NCBI GenBank assembly: GCA_964014485.1
Contig: CAXHAT010000077.1
Span: 1 to 35,100, forward strand
DNA: 35,100 nt
Direction of reading: 5' to 3'
Source of the DNA: an uncultured Deferribacteres bacterium
GTDB lineage: Bacteria; Zhuqueibacterota; Zhuqueibacteria; Zhuqueibacterales; Geothermadaptataceae
The notes under the pieces are model-generated. The model saw only the letters and a list, made by a program, of their open reading frames with translations, made no database searches and was not told the origin of the DNA. Made by a program: the position numbers and the translations under genes. Below, in pieces: positions 8,485 to 17,131 of the stretch; position 1 is the first letter of the stretch, and each line of letters opens with the position of its first letter.

Positions 8485-11400
8485 TCAATCGAACATCAAA
8501 TTGTTCAAAGGTAAATTTTCAGCATACCCAATCAAAATGAAAGGCGCCCAGAAGTAGGGATGCGGTTGTTTTAATGTTGAACTCTCGCGTAATCGTTTAA
8601 TTTCACTGACTTGAGCTTCCCTTAGTGCTTCAGCAAATGAGGAAAAACCGGCCTGAATATTTTTGAGCGCTTTTTCCATAAGTATTGCAGTCGCTTTTTG
8701 ATCTACATCCCATAGTGTTGCCACGAGACTTGGCGCTCCAGCAGTTCTGAATGCGTGCGTAAGGCCGACTAAGCCTTCGCCATGGTAGTGCTTGCCGACG
8801 CCTGTTTGGCATGCGGCAAGAATTGCCAATCTGGTTTTCTGAAACTTAAGTTCCATAACGTGATGCATCATCAGATCTTTAGAATCGGAATTGAGAAGAA
8901 ATTTTGTTTCAAGAGGGTCGCGCTCATTAACTTGACAATGTAAGCCGAAGAAAAGGAATCGATAATCATTCTTTAAATGTTCTCGAACACTGTCTAAGTT
9001 AGCATCGTTTCCTCTGAGTAATCTAGAAGCTGGGAAAATGTCTATCGCTTTCTCGCCGATTTCCGTCATCCACTGCAAATCCTGATTCGGATCGACGATT
9101 GCGAGTAGGTCGCCTTGCATCTGACCTCCCGCATCGGTCATGTTGAATACGGCTGTCTTGGAGTGTAAGAAAGCCTTCGCGCTAGATACAAATGCGAAGG
9201 GAAGTTCTTCAACCAAAAAAGAATTTTTTGATACGCTTTTGGTTAACGGAAGTGCAGCAAACGGCAAGTAGTGTAATGAGCCGTCGGGAATCAAATAAAC
9301 GGTCTTGTATGGCTTAATTCGATGCCAGACTGGGTCAATTAAAAGAGCGCTGAGCTCACGTCCGACAGAGGTTGAATGCTCAAATACGCCTTTCGAATTT
9401 TTATTTACTTCTTCTTGAAAGCGATCTTTTTGTTCGGCGCCAATAGAAATTCGAAATTCCCGAACTAACGAATCCAGAACGTCTTTCGGGCCGTCTGTTC
9501 TGTACATGTCTACGGATTCCGTTGTCAGCGTCCAAATGATGGTTTCTCTTGGAAGGATCTGATACATGACGAGAATTTCATCTGTCGACAACTCTTGCTG
9601 TATTTGGCTAGTGTCGACGACCAAAGACGAATCGGAAAAATTAATCTGCGTTTCTTTCCTCACTTTTTCTGAAGTCAGGCTTTCTCGATCTTCAATGTTG
9701 ACCTCGCCGACAAGAAAATCATGTAGAGTCCTTCCCTTAAATCGTTCAGAGACCTCGAGCGTAGATCGAGCGACGTCTGGTGCATTAGACGCGAGAATGG
9801 CCTCGATATAGTCTTCATATAAACTTTGCTTTTCAGCAAAATAGGCCGTTCTTGATATGCCGCTCTTGATTTGACCTCGCCATTGTTCAACATACTTCGT
9901 TGCTTGCTCAAAAGCCAAAAGCGCGAGTTGGTTTTTGCCTAGTTCACGCTGCGCTTTCGCTTTTCCGTGCAAAGCTCTCCAATGCTCATAATTCATATTT
10001 TCTGAAAAAGTGGCGATTTCCAACGCTCTGTCGTAATTGGATAATGCTCCGTGAGCATCTTGCAGCATCAGCTTGCACTCGCCCATCGCCAAATTGGATT
10101 GCAGTCGCGCGATTTGCAGACCGCTTTGTTCGCTAAGCTGAATAATTTCCTGCAGCAGTGGTAATGCTTTTTTCGGACGGTTTTGTTTTAACAAAGCTCT
10201 TGCAAGCATCAGTCGCGTTTCAGCCCTTCTTTTTTCTAAATCGTCGCCTCCTTCAAATGTCAAAGCGGTTTCGAAATAATGTAATGCACTATCGACTTTG
10301 CCTATTTGCGCGAACACTTCTCCTTTGTTGGCCAAGGCTTCAGCGATATTCGCGGACTTCCCGTGACGCTTGAACATCCGCAAGGCCTTTTCTTGAAACC
10401 TAAGCGCCTGATCGTATCGCCCCAGATAGAGATAATTGTTGCCGATATTGGTGTATTGAGCCCCTTGTTGTAGATTGTTTTGAATTTTCTGGAAAAAACC
10501 GAGACTGGCTTCATGCTCTTTTATTGCTTGTTCGAACTCCCCGGCGTCGCTGAGTATAAAACCGGTTAGCCGTTTGATCGCGCCGAGTTTAGGACGATCT
10601 GCCTGTGATTGTGAAATTTCTGTGCAAAGAGTGAGGGCGTCTAAAGCGGAAGATAAATCTCCAGTTTCATAGTAAATTCTGCTCAGGATAAGGCGGGCGT
10701 CAAGCTCAAGCTTTTTATTACCAAGTGAATCAACCAGTCCTAAGGACGTCTCAATCCAATGCAGACTGCTGTCATAATCTCGTAAATAGTAGCAGGCTTT
10801 ACCAGTATAAATAGAACTCAAAGTTTCATAGAATAAATATTGACCCTCCTCAGCGAGATCATGCGCTTTTTGAAAACTTTCAATACTTTTACTAAAGTTC
10901 CAACTTTTGAATCTTATCGCGCCGATGGCAATATGAGTAGCAATTTGACCCTGCACAGCCCCCAAATTCTCATAGCGCCGCAGTGCTTGTTTTAAATAAT
11001 TTTCCCCTAGGGATGCTGGCAGTGATTTCGCTTTTTGGATGAGCAGACGGGCTTCTATAAAGCTTTGTTTTCTTTCTGAAGGCAAAGCGCGAAACAGGCA
11101 GAATTCGTTGGATAGGACACAATGTTCAGGATGGTTTTCGAAAACGTTCTGCAATGAATCAAGTGACTCAAATCCGTCTTGGTCCAGCACGTGAGCAACG
11201 AATATGCTATTCAAATACTTGGTGAAGTCAGCATTGAAGTGCTCGCCGTCGGGGCAATTGAGAACTTTGTGAGTAGACGTCTCGGGGCATTTATCATGGC
11301 TAAAACAGAAAGTTTTCCGAGAATCTTCTCCGGCTACGTCGCTCGATTCGAAGTAGAGAATGGCTTGCGGAGAAAGATTCGAGTCATGCTGCCGGTAAGC

Positions 11401-11511
11401 CAAAAGCGAGATGATGAACACAAAAAGTACAAAAGTGAAGACGGCCTTTCGACCTCCGCTCATAAAACTAAAAAGCTTTTTCATCTCGAGTACGCGTCTT
11501 TGTTTATTCAC
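8485..11511 (-). CDS. TPR-CHAT (caspase HetF-like) protease with N-terminal signal/TM segment
   Basis: Multiple TPRs; CHAT motifs SERFKGRTL, LIPDGSLHYLPFAAL, His in FFGLHC (codon 8938-8940), Cys in LAACQTG (codon 8809-8811), ATLWDV and HPYFWAPFILIG. The true start may be ATG 11484 (MKKLF) or 11463. Confidence 0.9.
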   Translation of the reverse strand: MNKQRRVLEMKKLFSFMSGGRKAVFTFVLFVFIISLLAYRQHDSNLSPQAILYFESSDVAGEDSRKTFCFSHDKCPETSTHKVLNCPDGEHFNADFTKYLNSIFVAHVLDQDGFESLDSLQNVFENHPEHCVLSNEFCLFRALPSERKQSFIEARLLIQKAKSLPASLGENYLKQALRRYENLGAVQGQIATHIAIGAIRFKSWNFSKSIESFQKAHDLAEEGQYLFYETLSSIYTGKACYYLRDYDSSLHWIETSLGLVDSLGNKKLELDARLILSRIYYETGDLSSALDALTLCTEISQSQADRPKLGAIKRLTGFILSDAGEFEQAIKEHEASLGFFQKIQNNLQQGAQYTNIGNNYLYLGRYDQALRFQEKALRMFKRHGKSANIAEALANKGEVFAQIGKVDSALHYFETALTFEGGDDLEKRRAETRLMLARALLKQNRPKKALPLLQEIIQLSEQSGLQIARLQSNLAMGECKLMLQDAHGALSNYDRALEIATFSENMNYEHWRALHGKAKAQRELGKNQLALLAFEQATKYVEQWRGQIKSGISRTAYFAEKQSLYEDYIEAILASNAPDVARSTLEVSERFKGRTLHDFLVGEVNIEDRESLTSEKVRKETQINFSDSSLVVDTSQIQQELSTDEILVMYQILPRETIIWTLTTESVDMYRTDGPKDVLDSLVREFRISIGAEQKDRFQEEVNKNSKGVFEHSTSVGRELSALLIDPVWHRIKPYKTVYLIPDGSLHYLPFAALPLTKSVSKNSFLVEELPFAFVSSAKAFLHSKTAVFNMTDAGGQMQGDLLAIVDPNQDLQWMTEIGEKAIDIFPASRLLRGNDANLDSVREHLKNDYRFLFFGLHCQVNERDPLETKFLLNSDSKDLMMHHVMELKFQKTRLAILAACQTGVGKHYHGEGLVGLTHAFRTAGAPSLVATLWDVDQKATAILMEKALKNIQAGFSSFAEALREAQVSEIKRLRESSTLKQPHPYFWAPFILIGYAENLPLNNLMFD

Positions 11512-11706
11512 TACCTAACACTTTTTGTATAGGCTTATAAACTGGCGAAAAAGGCCGGTATTGTCATTCTGGAAGCATCTTTTTTGATCCGCCCCTTGAA
11601 CTTTTTAGCATGTTCTGTACTGGGCGATAACAAAGATTCTTTCAGTATGACAAAACGGGGCTGTTCGACGGCTCGAAAATGCAGTTTACAAAAAAGTGTC
11701 AGGTAG
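11511..11706. repeat. Nested inverted-repeat element (MITE/REPIN-like) filling the anti-sigma/CHAT intergenic space
   Basis: Outer arms CTACCTAACACTTTTTGTA (11511-11529) and TACAAAAAAGTGTCAGGTAG (11687-11706). Inner arms TTGTCATTCTGGAAGCATCT (11561-11580) and AGATTCTTTCAGTATGACAA (11634-11653). Confidence 0.7.
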
Positions 11707-11715
11707 AGAGTGTGA

Positions 11716-12696
11716 TTATTGATTCGAGAGAATGCGCAAATTGATTTTTGCGTTTTCACGCCAGAGCGATTTTTCATCGCCGTCGATTTCAAGATATTTT
11801 CGCCACTCGGCTTTTGCCTGTTCGACAAGGCCTTGTTGTTGCGTGGCAACCGCCAAATTGTACTGCGCTTCTCGAAAATCAGGGAATTGGGAGACAAGAT
11901 CGGTTAAAAGTTCCTTCGCTTGCTCCAAATCGCCTTTTTGCCAAAGACCGACCGCAACGTCATTCAAAATTTCTCTGTCATTCGGGGATTTCAGTAAAGC
12001 GGCGGCATAAAACGAATCCGCCCTGGCAATGTTTTTCTCTTTCAGCAGCGCATGGGTTCCCAAATAGTGGAGCGCCTTTTCGTTTTCGGGGTCGAGTTGG
12101 TGCGCTTTAAAAAGATCAGTTTTGACGGTTTCCTCTTCAGCGCCGTCTTCTTCTCCTGAAAGCGTCTGCGTAAACTCGCTGAACTCAAAGCCGCCGGACA
12201 GCCTCAATTCGTCCTGTGAATTGACTTGATGCGCAGCCTTCAGCGATTCCAGGCTGCTGAAAATCAACGCGTCGCTCTTATCGAGGGCGCTGGGTTTCAA
12301 TGCAAAAAACAAAAAAATGAGAAGCGCCCCAATAAACCCGCCTGAAAGAAGAGACCGTTTTCTATTCGCCCAAAGCAATGTCAGCAATGCCGCCATTCCA
12401 GCGGCAGCGGTTTTTTTTGAAGCTTCAGAAAACATCTTTTCCATCTGCCCGTCAACATCGATTTCGATTTTTTCCTGTTCGTCGAGTAATTCACCTTGGT
12501 ACGCCGGTTCTAATTCCTGACGGTGGAATGTTGCGGCGGTTTGAAAGCAGATCGCGCATTCAGTCAAGTGTTTCTCGATATGCTTTGCGGTTTCTTGTGA
12601 AGCGTCTCCTTCCAAATATTGCAGCAACAGCGCTTCTTCGGGATGAGCTCCGGCTCCGGCTTCGGTTACGTTTTCGTGCATCTCTTTTTCGTTCAT
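11716..12696 (-). CDS. Zinc-binding anti-sigma factor (zf-HC2/ZAS) with TM helix and C-terminal TPRs
   Basis: HPEE...HLTECAIC (HxxxCxxC), TM GGFIGALLIFLFFAL and TPR motifs (EILNDVAVGLWQKGD, EAQYNLAVA). It lies directly downstream of the ECF sigma gene. Confidence 0.85.
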   Translation of the reverse strand: MNEKEMHENVTEAGAGAHPEEALLLQYLEGDASQETAKHIEKHLTECAICFQTAATFHRQELEPAYQGELLDEQEKIEIDVDGQMEKMFSEASKKTAAAGMAALLTLLWANRKRSLLSGGFIGALLIFLFFALKPSALDKSDALIFSSLESLKAAHQVNSQDELRLSGGFEFSEFTQTLSGEEDGAEEETVKTDLFKAHQLDPENEKALHYLGTHALLKEKNIARADSFYAAALLKSPNDREILNDVAVGLWQKGDLEQAKELLTDLVSQFPDFREAQYNLAVATQQQGLVEQAKAEWRKYLEIDGDEKSLWRENAKINLRILSNQ

Positions 12697-12789
12697 TTTA
12701 CGGTTCCTTTTTCCAATACCTTCTCCTCAAACCGTCGGAAATAGCGGTTCTATCAAGGTTGGACACTTCGGGCTTTTTGCCCTCCCGAT

Positions 12790-13500
12790 TTATTTTTTTC
12801 CAAGCCCTTTTTTCAAGAGACAGTTTCGCAGCTTTTCTTTCAGTGCGGAAATAATGTTGGCGATGCGTTTTGTAGACAGCGCGCTGAATTCAGCAAAGCC
12901 GGCGATTTCCTGGGCTTGAAAACCGCCGTATAAATAATGTGAAAAAATGACGGCGTTACGCTCAACCGAGCGTACTCTTTTGAGGATGCGTCCCATGCAA
13001 TCGTCAACTTCTTCGGAAAGCTCTGCAAAATTCTGCTCATCTTCCAAAGTCTCGCTGCCAAGCAAATCTTTTAGTGCGTGCTCTTTGTCCCCGTTCATCG
13101 AGGTCGTTGTTTTGTCAATGGACGTTACGCCGCCTGGCGCTCTGCGTCGGCCCGCAAGCGTGTAGTGCAGGTGATTGAGCACGATTCGCGTCGCGATGAT
13201 GCGAAGATATTTGATAATGGATTGTTGGTTTTTCGCCTGAAAGTTTCGCAGCGCTTTGCAATCTTTTTCGCGCAGCCGAATGAAAACGTCTTGAAAAAGA
13301 TCGTCGCGCTCATTCAGCCCTTCTTTAAAATTGAGCCGTCTGCATTCTTTGACGATAACCGCGGCGATGAATTTTCCGAACCTTTGCACGAACTCGCGCC
13401 AGGCGAGCTCGTGGTCATTATTTTCCGCGAGAAACTTGACCAGTTCGTTGTGGGAATAATCGGGGAGTCTTTTGGGGGACGACAAAACTATGCGCTCCAT
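12790..13500 (-). CDS. ECF-type sigma-70 family RNA polymerase sigma factor
   Basis: Region 2 signature AWREFVQRF...DDLFQDVFIRL...YLRIIATRIVLN and region 4 HTH GFQAQEIA...TKRIANIISALKEKLR. RBS AAGGAGG upstream. Confidence 0.88.
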   Translation of the reverse strand: MERIVLSSPKRLPDYSHNELVKFLAENNDHELAWREFVQRFGKFIAAVIVKECRRLNFKEGLNERDDLFQDVFIRLREKDCKALRNFQAKNQQSIIKYLRIIATRIVLNHLHYTLAGRRRAPGGVTSIDKTTTSMNGDKEHALKDLLGSETLEDEQNFAELSEEVDDCMGRILKRVRSVERNAVIFSHYLYGGFQAQEIAGFAEFSALSTKRIANIISALKEKLRNCLLKKGLGKK

Positions 13501-13550
13501 TTGCGGATTTCGCCTCCTTGCGTTTTCCTTCTCTATGACAGCCCTTTCTT

Positions 13551-13577
13551 TAGATAGGGCGATTTGAAAAAATTCCC
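13551..13577 (-). promoter_or_regulatory. Candidate ECF-type (autoregulatory) promoter of the sigma cassette
   Basis: Minus strand GGGAAT-N15-TATCTA about 50 bp upstream of the sigma ATG. It resembles the general ECF GGAAC/T...GTCT architecture. Confidence 0.35.
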
Positions 13578-13682
13578 AAACAGCGAAACGAAAAACAAGA
13601 ACCCGGCTTTTTTGCAGTTCAGGTCAATGGCGTGTAACTTTTTTCACTGCGTCCGGCTTCACTATTTCAGAAGTATCAGATC

Positions 13683-14993
13683 ATGAAGCGTCTCTCGGTG
13701 AAATTGCCTCAAAAAAAATTAAAAACACTCTTTCTTTTTCTCTTCTGTTCTTCACTTCAGGCGCAAGACCAGGTTTTTTTGCGGGTGGAGCGTAATGCGA
13801 TAAATCGAATTCCACTTGAGATTCGCCTGTTTGAACTTAACGAAGCCCCTGAAGGAACCGAAGTCGACGAGCTGATGAAGACGCTTGAAAACGACCTTGT
13901 CTCTTCAAGTTTGATTGCGCCCTATCTTACCGTGCGCGGCGCCAACGGTCATTCAGCAGACAAGGCGAGGATTCGAACCGCGCTGAATACGATTGTCGCA
14001 TTTAATGGCGGGAGGGTTTTGATTCGGGGGGAAGTTGTGAACAGGCAAACAGGGCGGATTCTCAAAAAGGAAATTTATCGGGGCTGCTTGGAAAAGTTAG
14101 ACCTGCTTATCCATAAATATGCCGATGACGTTGTAAACACGCTCACCGGCCAGACTGGCGTGGCGAAAAGCCGGATTGCTTTTGCTGCTAAAAGCTACGG
14201 CGGGGTCGAGATTTATGTCATGGATTACGACGGCGGCAACCTCGAGAAACTGACGGACAATGGATCGCTCAATCTGACTCCGGCATGGCGGAAAACAGCC
14301 GCCCAGCTTTCGTTTACCTCGTTTCAAGACAAGAATCCGGATTTGTACACTTTCGATTTTCCCTCAGGCAAGACGTTTCCCGTTTTGCAACGCAACGCGC
14401 TTTTCACTTCGCCCGCCTGGTCGCCGACGGAGCAAAAGGTGGCGTTTGTTTCAACCTATGCGGGGAACGCTGAAATCTATGTTCTTCAGGCCCGGAGTCA
14501 AAAAATTACGCGTTTGACTTATCACCACGCAATTGAATCGGCGCCTGCCTGGGCTCCCACGGGGCGAGAAATCGTTTTTAGCTCGGATCGGCTGGGAAAG
14601 CCGCAGTTATACATTATGTCGGCGGACGGAGGCAATGTGCGCCGAATAGAAACGGGCTTGGACTACAATGATTCGCCCGTCTGGTCGCCGCGCGGCGATA
14701 AAATCGCATTTGTCGCTCGCCAGGAAAGCACATTTGATATTTATGTTTATGACGTCGGCACGCATGAGGTCATTTCCGTAACCCAAAACGCCGGGAGCAA
14801 CGAAGACCCGTGCTGGTCGCCGGACGGTTACATGCTTGCATTTACTTCAACGCGAGACGGACAAAAGGACGTTTATACGATGGGTTGGGACGGGACTGAC
14901 GTTAAGCGATTGACGCAAAAAGGGACGTGCGCAAGCCCGGCCTGGTCGCCGAACATTCGCCTTGAAACGGATTTTGATTGCTCATCTAAATGA
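13683..14993 (+). CDS. tolB: Tol-Pal system beta-propeller protein TolB
   Basis: Signal peptide, TolB_N end motif HKYADDVVNTLTGQTGVAKSRIAF, six PD40 (P.WSP) repeats, and position upstream of pal. Confidence 0.88.
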   Translation: MKRLSVKLPQKKLKTLFLFLFCSSLQAQDQVFLRVERNAINRIPLEIRLFELNEAPEGTEVDELMKTLENDLVSSSLIAPYLTVRGANGHSADKARIRTALNTIVAFNGGRVLIRGEVVNRQTGRILKKEIYRGCLEKLDLLIHKYADDVVNTLTGQTGVAKSRIAFAAKSYGGVEIYVMDYDGGNLEKLTDNGSLNLTPAWRKTAAQLSFTSFQDKNPDLYTFDFPSGKTFPVLQRNALFTSPAWSPTEQKVAFVSTYAGNAEIYVLQARSQKITRLTYHHAIESAPAWAPTGREIVFSSDRLGKPQLYIMSADGGNVRRIETGLDYNDSPVWSPRGDKIAFVARQESTFDIYVYDVGTHEVISVTQNAGSNEDPCWSPDGYMLAFTSTRDGQKDVYTMGWDGTDVKRLTQKGTCASPAWSPNIRLETDFDCSSK

Positions 14994-15023
14994 AATAAAA
15001 GTTTTTACTGAAGGAAGCGACTG

Positions 15024-15602
15024 ATGAAAATTCCAAGACAACAAGATTTAAGGCTGGTTATCAACGCCGTTCTGCTTGCAGGATTCACGGCTATTCTGTC
15101 ATCAGGGTGCGGAGGGTCGAGTGCGACAACAATCGAAGAACCGCCGCAGCCTCCGCCGCCATTGGTGCTGGAACAAACCGATCCCGATCCGGAGCCCATT
15201 TTGACGCCTGTTGAGCCGCCCGTTGAAGTTGTTGAACCGGAGCCCTTGCCTGAGCCGCCGCCAAAACCAGCGTTTTCATTAGCGACGATTCATTTCGCAT
15301 TTGACGCTTTTGAGCTGATGGACGCGTCGCTTGAACGTCTGCGCAAAAATGCCGAGATTTTGCACGCTTACCCGGAAGCGGAAATCGTGATCGAAGGTCA
15401 TTGCGATGAACGCGGAACCATTGAATACAACCTTGCATTGGGCGACAAACGCGCACGCGCCGCAAAGGCTTACTTGATGCAATTAGGGATTGAAGAGTCG
15501 CGGATTTCGACCATAAGTTTTGGCAAAGAAAAGCCTGTTAACCAGGAGCAAACCGAAGCCGCATGGGCGGAGAACCGCCGCGCTGAATTTGCCCGCAAAT
15601 AG
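15024..15602 (+). CDS. pal: Peptidoglycan-associated lipoprotein Pal
   Basis: Lipobox SSGC, Pro-rich linker, and OmpA-C motifs IHFAFD, IEGHCDERGTIEYNLALGDKRA, SFGKEKP and NRRAEF. Confidence 0.93.
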   Translation: MKIPRQQDLRLVINAVLLAGFTAILSSGCGGSSATTIEEPPQPPPPLVLEQTDPDPEPILTPVEPPVEVVEPEPLPEPPPKPAFSLATIHFAFDAFELMDASLERLRKNAEILHAYPEAEIVIEGHCDERGTIEYNLALGDKRARAAKAYLMQLGIEESRISTISFGKEKPVNQEQTEAAWAENRRAEFARK

Positions 15603-15613
15603 AGAAAACGACA

Positions 15614-16363
15614 ATGCGTGTTGAGAAAAGTATCAAAAAAAGCGCCCTACATTATTTGCTCTTTGCGGGAGTCGGGACGATTTGGGCGTGCGCAGGAGGC
15701 GGCAGCGTTTCCGTTGTGCAACAAGACGTGAAAGTCCTGGAAAATCGTCTAAGCGCTGTGCAAAAAGAGCAGGCAAAATTGCGTGGGGAGCTTGAGAAGC
15801 TGCAGGAGCAACTTAAGTCTTCGCAGAAATCGAACGCCGATTTGTTCTTGAAACTGGAAAAAACAACCAGGCAGGTGCAGTTTCTCCAAGACTTACTGGA
15901 TGATTCAAAATCAGGCGGCGTCAACGGGAGCCGGAAAACATCAGAAAGTAATGGGGGCGAAGGTGAGTCGGTCGGAAAAACGCCGAGCGGCCCAAAACAA
16001 GTTTTTGACGCCGCTTATCAGGATTTTGTCAAGGGGCAAGACAAAATTGCTGCTGCTGGATTTAAGCGTTTCCTGGCTTTGGAGCCAAACGGCGCGTCTT
16101 CAGATGACGCCGTTTTTTGGCTTGGGGAAATCGATTTTTCACAGCAGCGTTATTATGACGCGATAGAACAGTTTAAGACGCTGCTTGTTAATTATCCCGA
16201 AGCGGACAAAGCGCCCTCCGCGATGCTAAAAATCGGCAATGCGTATCTCGCAGCGGGGCAGAAAGAAAAGAGCGCGGATTGGCTGACGCGGCTGACGCAA
16301 AGATTCCCGTTTTCCGCTGAAGCGGCGTTAGCAAAAGCGAAATTGAAGGGGCTTCAACGCTAA
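15614..16363 (+). CDS. cpoB: Tol-Pal protein CpoB/YbgF
   Basis: N-terminal coiled coil plus TPRs (DDAVFWLGE, YPEADKAPSAMLKIG), directly after pal. Possible lipobox IWAC. Confidence 0.88.
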   Translation: MRVEKSIKKSALHYLLFAGVGTIWACAGGGSVSVVQQDVKVLENRLSAVQKEQAKLRGELEKLQEQLKSSQKSNADLFLKLEKTTRQVQFLQDLLDDSKSGGVNGSRKTSESNGGEGESVGKTPSGPKQVFDAAYQDFVKGQDKIAAAGFKRFLALEPNGASSDDAVFWLGEIDFSQQRYYDAIEQFKTLLVNYPEADKAPSAMLKIGNAYLAAGQKEKSADWLTRLTQRFPFSAEAALAKAKLKGLQR

Positions 16364-17028
16364 TCCTTCGGAACAGCCAGTTTCGCCAATTGTGGACGAA
16401 ACAGGCTCAGCGGATCGATGTTTTCTAAATTCGTTTTGAAATTGTACTTTTCACCCAGCCGAGCGACTTCAAAGTGCAGGTGCGGCGTATTGGCGTTCCC
16501 TGTGCGCCCGACCCCGCCGATCTTCTCTCCTGCGTAAACATGCCTCCCCACAAACAAATCATCGGCGACTGATTTCAAGTGCATGAACTGGTACAGATAA
16601 CCGCCGTTATGATCTAACAGCCAAAGATAATTCCCCGCTTTAGCGCCGTGATCAATCTTGACCACCCAGCTTTCCGCAGGTGCAAGAACCGACGCACCGG
16701 AAGGCGCTTTTAAATCTATCCCCTTGTGTTTTCTCTGACCGTTTTCTCTGGAATCGCCCCATACAGAAATGATTTCAACCTGCTCGGGCGCATCCGCCTG
16801 GATTAGAAATAAATCATTAACGGTTGGATCAGCGTTGCCTTCGCCTCTCGTCGTAATCGTCCAGACAATCCCGGAAATAATTAAAACGAAGAAGGCCAGG
16901 ATAAACGGAAAAACGGCTCGATAAACGTGAAGTCCGGGCAAAAACCAATGCCTGAGACGGCGCAAGGATTTCTTGTAAAAGTATCGCGTCGTACGCAGCG
17001 TCCCTGTGTAAAAAATTCTCTCTTTCAT
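16360..17028 (-). CDS. M23 family metallopeptidase with N-terminal TM anchor
   Basis: HKGIDL (HxxxD) and PHLHFEV (HxH) motifs, plus TM FPFILAFFVLIISGIVW. Start taken at ATG 17028; its stop overlaps the cpoB stop. Confidence 0.85.
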   Translation of the reverse strand: MKERIFYTGTLRTTRYFYKKSLRRLRHWFLPGLHVYRAVFPFILAFFVLIISGIVWTITTRGEGNADPTVNDLFLIQADAPEQVEIISVWGDSRENGQRKHKGIDLKAPSGASVLAPAESWVVKIDHGAKAGNYLWLLDHNGGYLYQFMHLKSVADDLFVGRHVYAGEKIGGVGRTGNANTPHLHFEVARLGEKYNFKTNLENIDPLSLFRPQLAKLAVPKD

Positions 17029-17131
17029 TTTATAGAAAGTCAATTTTGCTTGTTTTCTTTTTGGATTGGCGCGCCAAACGCCTAACCTCCCCAAAAGCAT
17101 GATTTGTACCACCGTAAGGAGAGCTGCAACT

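Noticed and set aside
11535..11897. 120-aa minus ORF bridging anti-sigma and CHAT as a frameshifted fusion linker
   Set aside because: It runs through the inverted-repeat element, stops before the CHAT start and has no TPR character; CHAT has its own N-terminal signal.
8125..13500. Type III-E CRISPR (Craspase) locus suggested by TPR-CHAT plus sigma factor
   Set aside because: There is no Cas7-11/gRAMP, cas1/2 or repeat-spacer array in the window, and the partner is a ZAS anti-sigma rather than a recognisable Csx30.
13633..13660. TGTAAC T-tract upstream of tolB as an ECF promoter
   Set aside because: The -35-like element is plausible, but there is no convincing -10 at 15-17 bp spacing.
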